A stretch of DNA of 64,000 nt from Fistulifera solaris (taxonomy: Eukaryota). The notes beneath the pieces are model-generated. The model saw only the letters and a list, made by a program, of their open reading frames with translations. It searched no databases and had not been told where the DNA came from. The translations under genes and the position numbers were made by a program. The stretch lies in contig AP026142.1 of the NCBI GenBank assembly GCA_030295235.1, positions 1 to 64,000 of the forward strand, read 5' to 3'. The stretch's first letter is position 1; each line of letters opens with the position of its first letter. Shown here piece after piece: positions 45,448-57,178 of the stretch.

Positions 45448-46434
45448 ATGAAAACTGCCTCAGCTTCCATTCTCTTGTCTTTATCGGCAGTGTCGTATGC
45501 TTTGGAGCACCCTGTCGCGCATGCCCAGCTTGAACCGGCGCAACTCGACCATCTTCATGATCTTTACAACAGTTTTCAAGAATTGCAGGAGGATGTGCAA
45601 AGTAGTCACCACCGCGATTTGGCGTTGGGAGACGGTGCCTTGGCGTTAGGAGATGCTTTGTTGTGCCGTTTTCAGCTGGCTTCTTGTCAAACTCTCACCG
45701 CCGCGGCGAACGTCGAAGCCTGGGCCGATAGCTTGCAACCGATGCAGAACTCGACGACGATGGGTCCTTTGCTGACCATTTTGAATCTTGCGACCGATGT
45801 GGCCGAGTCGTTGGCGGAATTGGCGGGTCTGGGTACTATGACTATGGTACTGAACTCGGCCGATTCAGTGCTGAAAATCTTGTCGGAACTGTTGGGCAAT
45901 TTGCGTAATTTTCGTGGCTCTTCGTTCGATACCTTGTCGGCGATGGAGTCAATTGACGTGGTTGTTCATGAAACTGGTATAGCATTCCAATCTTTGGGTA
46001 TGGTTTGGGCCAATTTTTGGGCTTCGGTGACGGTCGCTTGGACTGAGGCTAAAGGTATTGTGACGGAAGCGTATGCCATTTCCGAGAGCATGTTCATCAC
46101 CATGTATCGTGATGTCATCAAAGCATCAGCCAACTTCTTGATGGCATTCTGGACGACAACGATTGAATTTGTGACCACCGCAGGTTCTCAGCAAAAGTTG
46201 GCCTGTGCGACGGGACGCATTGAATGTTCGTACGAGATGTGGTCGTACGAAATGTTCCCCAGTTTGGCGACGCTCTCTTTGATCGGAGGTAATCAACCGG
46301 ATACCTCCATCAAGCCGAATGCTACAAAACCAGAGCCCGTGTCGAATGTCACTGGTGCGGCGAATGCAACTCTACCAGTGGTAAATGCCACCGAGTCGGA
46401 AACGTTGACGAATGCAACACAGCCGGAAGCGTAA
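45448..46434 (+). CDS. Secreted protein of unknown function, paralogue B
   Basis: Same layout as 44076-44990: LCRFQLASC vs FCEKQLDAC, PMQN, CATGRIECS vs CQSDRVSCS, and an N-x-T tail. Confidence 0.85.
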   Translation: MKTASASILLSLSAVSYALEHPVAHAQLEPAQLDHLHDLYNSFQELQEDVQSSHHRDLALGDGALALGDALLCRFQLASCQTLTAAANVEAWADSLQPMQNSTTMGPLLTILNLATDVAESLAELAGLGTMTMVLNSADSVLKILSELLGNLRNFRGSSFDTLSAMESIDVVVHETGIAFQSLGMVWANFWASVTVAWTEAKGIVTEAYAISESMFITMYRDVIKASANFLMAFWTTTIEFVTTAGSQQKLACATGRIECSYEMWSYEMFPSLATLSLIGGNQPDTSIKPNATKPEPVSNVTGAANATLPVVNATESETLTNATQPEA

Positions 46435-47050
46435 TCGAATGTACCGAAGTGTTATTTAAATACATATGTTATTATCTCAGTACTTTGCGTTTGCAATAGA
46501 TCTGCGAGCTATCGCTTTCGAATTATGTCGTTGTTTTCTCTATTTTTCTAGGAGGTCCGTGACTGAAACACACCCACGAACCGATTTCCCCACCGAATCG
46601 CTTTCAGCGAAGGCGCGGTCGGTTACTTACTATCAGAAATTTCTGTTGGGGAGTGTCGCGCGTGCGTGACGTCAAGCATCGCTTAGGACACATCAATCGG
46701 TATCATTTAAGCACCTTTGATCTCCTTATCGACAACGTCCGCCGTGGATCCGTATCGCAGCGGAAGGTACTTCCCAGAGTAGACACATACGTCAGGCGAA
46801 AGGCTTTCGCTGAAGTTGATCGTAAGTTGTATCGTTTCCAAACCGGCAGATTGACACTCGTCGTCCGCTAACAAACTCCGCCAAAGAATTCGAAACACTG
46901 CCTCCAGCGAGCATCACATTAAAAACAAGACGACGATGGAGAGACGACAAAGAGAGAAGAAGAATCGTAAATTAAAAACAAATTACAACAACACCATTCA
47001 AAGCTACACGTCTCAAACTATTTAATTATCGAAAACAAGCAACAATACAA

Positions 47051-50000
47051 ATGACTCTTCCGCGGAGAATAATACGATTGCTAATAATCGCTAGTCTCGT
47101 CGCTCCTTCGACGACGTTTACTGCTCCTTCTCCCCAAAGCCAACGAGCTTCGCATCGACTTTACGATACATCTTTGCCCGAAATGTGGTCGAGTATTGCC
47201 GCGACGGCTGTCAGTCCCAGTGAAACACTTCTCACAACCGTCTCGTTGGCTTCCGTATCGGCGCTCGTCGGGGCGGCGAATGCGGGTTTGGCGGCCCGCG
47301 AACGGCAACGACAGGCGGAAATGAAAGAGAAATTGCAATCGCAACAAGTTGATTTAGGGAAATTTCAAAAATCGGTAGAAAATTTGAATCGTCTGGCGCA
47401 GGTGAGTTCTGAATGGCGGCCGACTTTTGAAGGGTGATGTCTGGCGTGTGTGATTTGTTCTGACGTTTGAATTTCTTTACCGTTACGTTCGACCTATTTT
47501 CTCCAACAGGTACTTACAGCAACAGGGACATTGTCGGCCGCTTATGTACTGTTAAATGTGGTACCCTTGATCGATCAGTCGTCGAAAATACCCCCGGCTT
47601 CGACACAAGTCTTGGCGGAAAAACGAGCCGCCGTACGGAGTGCGAGCCAACCTGCATCAACGATCGCTGACCTCAAACTGCCCGTCAACCAAAAGTTTGA
47701 TGCTATTGTCAAAGACTCGATGAAATCATCACCCGACACCTGGATCAAAGAAAAGGAAGACAAAATGAATGCCTTACTAGAAAAGAAACGAGACCAGCTT
47801 TTGTCGGATTCGAACGAAGTGCCGTCGACGATGAAAACGCAGTCCGTTACAATTGCCGATGGGGCAGTGAAATCAATTTCAACAGCGGAAGCTCCCAAGG
47901 CGGAGGTGAAGAAAGAGGACTCGAAGAAAGAGGAGGGAGTCAAGGTTGAGGCTAAGAAAGACGAACCCAAGAAATCCGAAGTCGACGTCAAGAAGGAGGA
48001 TTCGAAAAGTAAAGAGATGAAGTCCGACGTCAAGAAGGAAGAACCGAAATCGGAAGTGAAAAAGAAGAGGTCAAAGTTGAAAGCAAAAGGACGAGACTAC
48101 CGTTAAGAAAGAGGAAGGAAAACCTGAAGTAAAGAAAGACGAAGTAAAAGCGGAAGGCAAGAAGGAGGAACCTAAACAAGACGAAGTGAAAGCTGAAGTC
48201 AAGAAGGACGAACCCAAAAAGACGAAGTAAAAGCGGAAGTCAAGAAGGAGGAACCCAAAAAAGACGAAGTAAAAGCGGAAGTCAAGAAGGAGGAACCCAA
48301 AAAAGACGAAGTAAAAGCGGAAGTCAAGAAGGAGGAACCCAAAAAAGACGAAGTGAAAAATGAGGGCAAGAAGGAGCCGAAGAACGACGAAGTAAAAGCA
48401 GAAGTCAAGAAAGAGGTACCCAAGAAAGATGAAGTTAAAGCGGAAGTCAAGAAAGAGGTACCCAAGAAAGATGAAGTTAAAGCGGAAGTCAAGAAAGAGG
48501 AAGTGAAAGCGGAAGCGAAAGTGGAGACCAAAAGAATGACCCCACAAAAGACTCGATTAAAGCTTCCGCTCCAACTGAGGACAAAATGATGGATCGTTTA
48601 ATGACAAAGATGGACGAGGTAAAGACCAAGGAGCCAGAAACATTCATATCATCGGAGAAGAAGATTGACGAGCCCGCCTTGAAAGAAACACAAGCTGAAA
48701 AGAAGGAAGAACTTGTTGCTACGAAAAGGAGGAAGCGAGCTTGGAAAAGAAAAGAGCAACCTGTCGCAGAAAAGAAAGCATCTTCTGAGGAGCAAAAGTT
48801 ATCTCTTTATCATCTCCTCCTTCTCAAACCGTGTCAGAGACTGTCAAAGCACCCGTTGCATCTGTCGAAGTGCGCAAACCAGCTGTTGAGGCAGCACCAG
48901 CTGATTCTATTGGTCCGATCTTTCAGAATGCCGCGAAAAGCATGGATGCGTTTTTCACCGGAATAGGTCGAACTACTTCTTCGATAACACGACAAGTCAC
49001 TAATTTGCTTCCCAGAGATGTCGCGAAAGAGTTTGAAAAAGTCAATGATAAAGAAGTTGGCTTGTTCACGTCTGTTGCGTTCCTTGCTACCACTGTTGGA
49101 GGATTTGTCATCGCAGCCACTCGCGATGATGAACCCGATTCAAAAAAGAAAAAAGAGAAGCCGATAAACGGAGAAAATCGCGCTTTACGCAACAACGGTA
49201 AGTCCCCATCTTTGTCTGATTTGGAAATCGCCGATTCGCAAGCTGGTATTCGGAAAGAAACAACAAACGCTGTAGCTGGGAGTATAAGGTCGGGCAAAGC
49301 GGATATAAAAAGCATTTCTAAAGATCGTCCTGGTGGTTCTTGGTCAACCGTAAAATCCCAGCCAATCGATTCTCGATGGATGTCCGTTGCACCAAAGGAA
49401 ATGCAGCCGGATTATTCGTCTCAAAGAAAGCTCGCCGATTATCTTGCTGGTTCAGCCGACGATACCATTGGTGGTCCTAAGAATTCCACCTCCGAATCAA
49501 CTAAGAACCGAAACAACTATCAGAACAAGCCTTCCGACTTATCTGCGTCAAGTGGAACACCACAAGCAAAACCTGCAAATACGCGGTGGGCGTCTGTCGC
49601 GCCCAAGGAACGGCAGCCAAATTACTCATCTCAAACTGGGCGAAATTCAAGTAGAGAAGCCTTTTCTGCAGCAAGGCGAGGCAAGCCGAAGGATGATTCC
49701 TTTAAGAAAATCACATCACAGCCCCCCTTTCCTGAGATCGAGGCGTTTGATAAAAAGCCAGTGGAGGGCGCATCATCTTCTTGGGTGCGCATTTTTCGAG
49801 ATGCCGCAGCAATGAGAAATGGTCCTATGAACAAATATTCAGCTTCGACAGGTGTGACGGAGCATCTGAGTCGACAATCAGTTTCGGAGGCCACGACGTC
49901 GCTTGATCAACGTATTTCACCCGGTGGAGATCAGTTTCGACAGAGCAACACGTCGTCTGTTTCCAAGCAGTAAAACGCCAAAAGTGATAAGCCAAGGTCC

Positions 50001-52686
50001 GTATCCGAGTGCCACGAATTCAGTTATTTCGCTTTATTGGCAAGCGGAGACTCCTGAGAGGCATGGTGGTTCTGGGGGATCAGAAGTAAGGCAGACTGCG
50101 CAGCAGCCATCCGATGTGGACGGTCGCTCTTCTAGATCACAAGTGCCCCAAACCATTGAGCAGAAGTTGCGTGAAACAGTTAGTGATAATTCTCGTGGAT
50201 CCGAAAGGATTCAGATTAAGCAAGAGTCTCCCGTGATGAATATGAATGGTCGCTCTGGTAATACAGGTGTGCTTAAGGCAACTGAAGAAACGGTCCGTAA
50301 GACAGACAGTGGTGATTTTGGAGCACAATTGAGTCAGACAATCCAAGAGATTACTGATCAAAATCTTAAGACTGAAGGCAGGCCAAATGAATCCCGAACG
50401 AGTCAGACTATGCAGGAGTCTCCTGGAATGAATATTCGTTCTGCTACTTCTAAAGTACCTCAACCTGCTGAGCAAGAGCTTGGAAAGGCAAATGGAGATG
50501 GTATTTTTCAAGCATTGGAGGCTAGACAAGAGTCTCCAGAAGTAGATGGTACTTCTGTCGGTTTCGAAATACCTCTGATAGACAATACTTCGCCGGAAAG
50601 AACCGATGGTGTTGCGGGCTCGCCTCAAATTGGGCAAGAGACGTTTCGACCCTCAGCTGCTCCACGACCCGTTGATGCTATTTTGCTGCCTACGAGTGTC
50701 AATATTGGTCGACGAGTGCCAGACAAAAACCCAAAATGGACTGAAGGAGAGGTGGAATACTCATCAACCAATGCTGAAAAGTCAAAAGCAGAGTCTCCTC
50801 AGCCTCTGGCGAGCGACAGTCAGATCAGGCCCTCAAGCCCCTGGCCGTATGTATCTGGTGAAACGTTTACAGCACCTCCGAACTTTGGATCCTATGTCGA
50901 CATGGTCGCTGCAGTCGCTCTAGCTGACTTTTCAAGAAAGGAGAAGTACAACTCTAGCGAAATGCTTGACGTAATCGATTCCGATGATGAATTTTCCTCC
51001 CCGAACTCCAGCTTTCAATAATGCGATGCAAATGAGGGCAATCAGTAACTTACACAGTCATCTTTTCTACTGCAGGTATCAATGGTGACACAAGATCCGT
51101 AACCGAGATCAGCGACAGATTTGGCCAGAAGAATGCAATGGAATCTTCCTCTCGTCTACCGCCTACAGATACGGAAAAGAGAAATGGTTTTGGTTCTTAT
51201 TTAGATCAGATCTCACGCGGTGACAGCCAATCTGTAAATGGCGCTCGTGCCAGCGGATCGATGAGGGATCAGAACAGCCCGTCGGCTTGGAATGCTACTG
51301 GTTTGAGTGATCCTGATTCATGGGACCCCAGAGATTTCGATCCTCTAACTCAGTCATTGAGTGGAAGATCAGTGCCTCAATCACGTGATGAACAGCGACA
51401 ATCGTTACCACGTGCTACTCCACCTGTTGGTGTTTCACAACCTCGTCCAAACTCGCGGACTGCAACGCCGATCAATCAATCACAGTCAACCAGTCAAAAT
51501 CGACCATCTACACTGCAAAGAGTACCTTCAAACAATATACAAAGGCCCCCGGATAGAAATGGCGCTAATCAAGCTGCTCCGCGAGCTACCCAGTCTGAGC
51601 GGAAGCCAACTTGGACTCCAACGTCGAATAGTGCGCCTTACACAAACCCGTCAACCCTTATGCCAACCGATGTGACACAGCTCTCACAACCACCGCTTCA
51701 AGGAGAACCGGTGCAAAGAACCCAAGAGAGAAACCGACCGGAAAGACCGCCACCTCCACAAGCCGAAAAGAGAGCACCTTGGACGCCACCTTCCAACAAC
51801 GCGCCATACACCAACCCCTCCACGTTAATGCCTACCGACGTGACTCCTGTAGACGGTGACTCGTATCTCGGCTCATTGTCGTCCAGCTCGACCAGCACGC
51901 GACCTAGAGGCTCATATAATCCGTTCGGCAGACCAGTTGCCTCGAGTACTGGCAGCCCTCCTACCGGGCCTTCTGAGAATGCAGCGAGACCGCGAACAAT
52001 CACCGCCGGTCCGACAGGAACATCCAACGATCAAGCAAGTCCCGTTGGTGCTGCTAGGAATTCAAACGTGCCTAGTCCGCCCCCGGACACGCGTTCTCCA
52101 CCGGAACCTGTTGGAAAAAGACCGCCTGAAAGATCTGCAAGAGGAAGTGATCAAACGGATCGTGCGCCAATACGTAATTCCGAACCCTCGTCTGCTCCTA
52201 CAGTTTTCAGCCGTTCTGCTGAACCTACCAGGGAAGAATCATTTCCACAAAGAACTATGGTAACACCACAACCTACTCGTCGACCGCAGTCCCCTCTCGT
52301 TCCCGCTGATTTAATTCGTCCTGTTGAACCGGACATCACATCGGTCACTAGGACGAGCTCTAGGCGATCTGACACGAATGAATCCAGAACCCAGCCTAGC
52401 GCAGCTCCACGAAACGGCTTTTTTTCCGCAACGATCCCCACAAGCCTCTACCAGAGACCGCAATGGAGCAAACGCAAATAACGCGGCGTCCAGCGGCCAA
52501 ACGACTGGTGAATCTCCATCAGGAACTAGCGAGACCCGTAGGGTTGACTCGTCGGTTGGACCGGACCAGCCACGACCAAACAGAACACCGTGGATATCTT
52601 CGGGCAGTTCCAATGAGCAGTCAGATTATAATCCGAGAAGTTTTGATCCAAGAACGCAAAGCTTTCGCGAGACTTCGCGACAATAA
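47051..52686 (+). CDS. Large low-complexity repeat protein with predicted plastid presequence and TM segments (model approximate, may be more than one gene)
   Basis: Signal peptide ending STT-F, intron 47402-47509, and a chain of same-strand ORFs to 52686 joined by frameshifts and a probable intron ending at 51075. Confidence 0.6.
48108..48520 (+). repeat. Coding 42-bp tandem repeat (KKEEPKKDEVKAEV)
   Basis: Unit GAAGTAAAAGCGGAAGTCAAGAAGGAGGAACCCAAAAAAGAC repeated about 9 times, with variation. Confidence 0.92.
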
Positions 52687-52836
52687 AAAAGTTCTGACAT
52701 TACGAAGAAACTGATTGTGAATGATGGTCTACAACAGAGTGGTGAAAAAACGAGGGCAAAATCATATACCATTCGCCAAATAATTTTGTACATTACATAG
52801 ATCAACATTAATTGCTATTAGAACATGAATAACAAA

Positions 52837-55800
52837 CTATGAAGTGGCTGGGCGGTACCTTTCTTGTAGCAAACTTCCTGTTTTGGCGTAGTTAACGCTG
52901 CTTTCATCGTATTGATTCAAAGCTGGTTTCTTCTCACCTCTCCGGAAGAGACCGACCGCCACTCCAAAGAAGTCGTTTGGTTTTGCGCCACTTGGGTTCG
53001 ATCGATCGTATTTACAGTCACCTGCATTCGCGAAGGAAGTTAAATCTTTGATGACGAGGTCGGGATTGAATCCGGAAAAACGAGATTTTGTATGTTCCAA
53101 CTCATACTTTGCACGTGCCTCGCCGTGACTTAGTGGAGTACCCTGCGATTCGGGTGCGCTATCATAACCATTAGTGGACATGAACTCAGAAGAAAGGCTG
53201 TGGCGCAAAGTGAGGTTCCGCGGTTCCGATAGCCGTTCTGTGAGAGGTTCAAAGGGTTTCGTTCCCATTAATGCCTTAGCGGAATTTTGATGTTCTCTAT
53301 CATTCTCATCGTCGCCTTCCAGAATCGAAACATGTTGCATTGACATGGCACGTCTAACTCGAGAAACGGATAAGTTGTTCCCATTATTTTCGAAGAATTT
53401 GACATCATCTCCATATAGAATCGTCGCCGGAACATGTTGCATCGAAGCCACGCGCCGTCGACGACGGCGAGGAGACGGAAGAGCTTTGTTTGGTAACGCC
53501 ACACTCACACCATCTCCTCTGTTCGCTTTCGAATTGCTAGTACGTGGCGATCCGCCACTCGAAGATGCTTCGATTTGTCGCTCTCCTTTCTTTGAGAACG
53601 GAACATGCCCAATAGAGCTTGCTCTCTGTTTTCTCCCTGAACGGGGAGGTTCGACGACCTTTTTCTTCTTTTGCCATCTTCGAGGAATCTGTTGTCAAAA
53701 ATCGAATTGAACGGGAGCATCGAGACGGGCTCTGATTACGACTTGTGCCATGTGGAATACTGCTACGCTCACTAACCGTTTGCTCATTCAACTGTTCGTC
53801 GTCTTTACACCCCGACGGCATATGTTCTGCCTCTGTAGATATTGCTGTTCGATCGTGAATGACTGTAGACGATGTCATAATTGACACGTGATTCATTGAG
53901 GCTGATCTACATCTTCTTTTCCCCGGAGATGACCGGATGCGCCTCTTCACACTACCCGGGGAAGTCTCGGTAACATCGATTCTCTTGCTAGTCGACAAGG
54001 TCGGCTCAGATTCATGTGGGATGGTTTGTGTCTTTCGTGGATATTGGTCCCGTGCCGCTCCGCTCCTATTCATGCCCTCTCCGTAAACTTTTCGAGAAAC
54101 ACCCCGAAATGGCGATGCGTTGTCTTCCGGTTCGACACCCGATTCGGGAAAACTAATCATCGGAATTTGCATTAGTCCGTTTCGAGGTTGTTTCTTTCGA
54201 GGACTAGGCAAGCCATCAATAACTTGTTTGGGTGACAATGTTGTTTGCGAATTTGGCTTGTCAATTGCTGATGACAAAACATCCATGTGTTGCTCATTCG
54301 AAACCGGCTGAGAACTTGATCTCTTCGTGTCTGCTAGTCGCACCTTTCGTGGACTTGCCTGTTTCTTTTAATAAGTGGTTCGTTCATGGTCTTTGGCTGA
54401 GAAACGGACGCATCGAGTGAATTTGTGATTACCTTATTTTCAGCTTGTCGTATTCGTCGAGGACTAGGGATACTCCTTCGTTTTGGAATTCTGATATTTG
54501 GGGAATTCGCGTCGTCCTCTCTCGCTGGCATGGTTTCCTCCGGCCTACGGGAACTTTGCAGGTCCTGTGGATTAGTAGGTTCATGTTTCGTTTTGGTCGG
54601 TGATTTTTGTCGAAAAGCCCGACTGCGCTTTCTAGTTGAATCACCAGCCTTCTCTAGCGATGATAAAGATTGTTTGGAAGCCGAAGAAGGTGACGAAACC
54701 GGAAGAGGCGGCAACTGCAGAGACTTTTGAGAATGTGTTGGTGATGTCGGTGCGTTCGATATCACTCCGTCGGTGGGCGTAGAAGGACTCGCTTCGGGAA
54801 ACCGCGTCGAGCGACCACCCGTGGCAGCACGACCTGTGGGTTCCAATTTCTTTTGATTGATTAAAAAAGTGGCCAAAGGATGTGGATCTCGATCGGTTGG
54901 TGTGAGTGCCTGTGGGTCCGGTCTGTGCCGATTCGGCGGGGAACTAACAAATGGTAAAAGTGTCGACGTCGTGTTCGCTTGGGGCGAGTCGCTGGTTGTT
55001 TTGGCAGGAGGCTTTGGAGAAGACGAGCGGCGTTGGGGCATAATCAGTCCTTGTGTATTTTTTTTTGTTGATTGGCGTCTCGGGAGGATATTCAATCATC
55101 CGTCTCGGTTGTCGAGCATTCGATAAACTCGAATCCAAATAAGGCTCTCCACCCGCAACAGACGCCCGCCGTGGCTGTTTAAGTGTATATTTCTCTTGTG
55201 GGAAACTGTTGGTCGGTTCAGCCGCTGACAAGGAAGCTCGTCTCATCCGAAGAGCATCATTTGATGGATTAGGAAGCGATGAAAAGAAAGTTGTCATATC
55301 TTTTAACAGAGGCACTTCCGTCGTCTGAATATCAATCGGTTCAAGCGCTGTATCTAAAGTTATCGCCGAAACATCACTGCGAAGATGATTGCTGGTTCTT
55401 GTCGTAATCATGGTGCCGTCTTGCCGTTGAAAGCGATGTAGCAAGGAGCTATTATGTTCAACAATCTTGTTGCGAAGGAAAAATTGCATTAAATTCGGTA
55501 ACTCGTCATCTTTTTCACTTTCATTTTCATCATCAAGAGAAGGCAAGGTAGCCGCAGCACAACTGTGTTGCATCGGAGAATCGTCAGTCGACTCCATTCG
55601 TAACATTTTGTCGGAATCTTCTTTCCGTTGTCGCTGTTCTTCTCCGTCCGCTTGTCTCCTGGTTTGTTGCCGTGGTTTCGGTTCTATGAGTTCTTTAATT
55701 TCTTTACTCTTGGAAATCGTTGACGACAAAGACATGCTGTTTTGGTGTTGCTGTTGGTATGACTTCGAAAGCAATAATAGCCCAATAGCAGGTACAGGAG

Positions 55801-55864
55801 AGACAATCCGACGCATTCCACGATGTGGCGCGACTTTTTCCTCCTCCGCGCTTGTTTCTCGCAC
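52837..55864 (-). CDS. Large S/R/P-rich disordered hypothetical protein (frameshifted)
   Basis: Overlapping ORFs 54944-55864, 54334-55095, 53537-54343 and 52837-53508 with similar composition and recurring RRxS and SMxHV motifs. Confidence 0.6.
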
Positions 55865-56705
55865 CTCAAAAACGTCGCATCATCAAAACTTGCTCGTGTA
55901 TCGGTTTCGAGTTGAGGAAACTTCTTATTCCTTAAGTACTACAGAGTGAGTTTTGTATTGTGTATGGGTGTCCTTCTAAATAAAGTGATACCTAGGATGC
56001 ACGACCCCTTCCGTGTATTATTTGCTAAATGGCCTCAACGTTCAAACTACAGAGAAAAGTACTAGGTACCAGTGCGGGGGTTATCGGTTATCGGCTACAA
56101 GTATCGGCTGTACAACTACCTAGCTAACCAGCACCAGGTACAAGTACAAGGTAACTCAAAATAATTATCAAAGACATCGGCTGTTACGAAACAGTTAGAA
56201 GTTGTAGTAAATAAAAGTCCGAGCAATGCCGGATGCCGTATTGATATAATTAGCTTTGTCACACGTTCCACGCGAGACGCGAGACACACAAAACAGAAAC
56301 GAGACACAACACGAATTTGAGTCTGGTTTTTTAGTCACAAATTTTGTACTGAGTAGTTTCTATAGAGCAGCAGATCGAAACGAAGCGAAACAATCTATTA
56401 CTGGAGTATAATCTAAGTCTCCTGAACTGCTAACATGAAAATTTTTTTCTGGATCGTTCTTTTCATATCTACGATATCACGACAGGGTTCCGCCTTGAAT
56501 TACTCGAAAATTCCAAACACATCTGAAGTCCCTGCTCACTTAATTTCGTCGATTTTTGCTAGTTTTTGCAAGTTGTAATTGTCGCAATTATCCCTAACTG
56601 CTTTAGCAGTGCGCGCCTTAGTTGTTCATTGTTGGATATTATTTTTGGAATCTTGCTCTACCGCATTTTCTATACTTTGTAGTGGACACGTTGAAATACC
56701 TAACT

Positions 56706-57056
56706 CCCAGATTTTCTGGATACGACAAAGTACCACACCCCCAGATTTTCTGGATACGTCAAAGTACCAAATCCCCAGATTTTCTGGATACGACAAAGTA
56801 CCACACCCCCAGATTTTCTGGATACGTCAAAATACCAAACCCCCAGATTTTCTGGATACGACAAAGTACCACACCCCCAGATTTTCTGGATACGTCAAAA
56901 TACCACACCCCCAGATTTTCTGGATACGTCTAAATACCACCCGCCCCGGTTCTCAGGAGCACACTCCCAGATTTTCCGGAGACGTCAAAATACCAAACCC
57001 CCAGATTTTCTGGGGACGTATAAACCCCCAGATATTCTGGGGACGTCTACACAGAT
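56706..57056 (+). repeat. 34-bp tandem satellite, about 11 units
   Basis: Unit CCCAGATTTTCTGGATACG(A/T)CAAA(G/A)TACCA(C/A)ACC; seven well-conserved units, then degenerate ones. Confidence 0.95.
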
Positions 57057-57178
57057 GCATTTGTTTGTAGATGCGACGTGATGTTCCTTTTATAATATCG
57101 TTGCTGCTTCACTCGTTCTCTGCTCTTGTATTCTGATTCCCTTAAAAAGATGAAGTGACTCCTTTTGTTGTGCTAGAG

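Noticed and set aside
48071..48547. Phe-rich minus-strand ORFs
   Set aside because: Antisense shadow of the KE-rich coding repeat.
4795..55100. Widespread frameshifts as subtelomeric pseudogenisation or programmed frameshifting
   Set aside because: Catalytic motifs are intact, and the indels that could be located sit in homopolymers (extra A at 4801-4805; one 42-bp repeat unit near 48216 has A5 where sister units have A6). Long-read consensus error is the simplest explanation.
56706..57056. CRISPR array
   Set aside because: No unique spacers, units are contiguous, there are no cas genes, and the context is eukaryotic.
56579..57070. ORFs with repeated PQIFWIRQ/PRFSGY peptides
   Set aside because: By-products of a 34-bp repeat cycling through frames; non-ATG starts.
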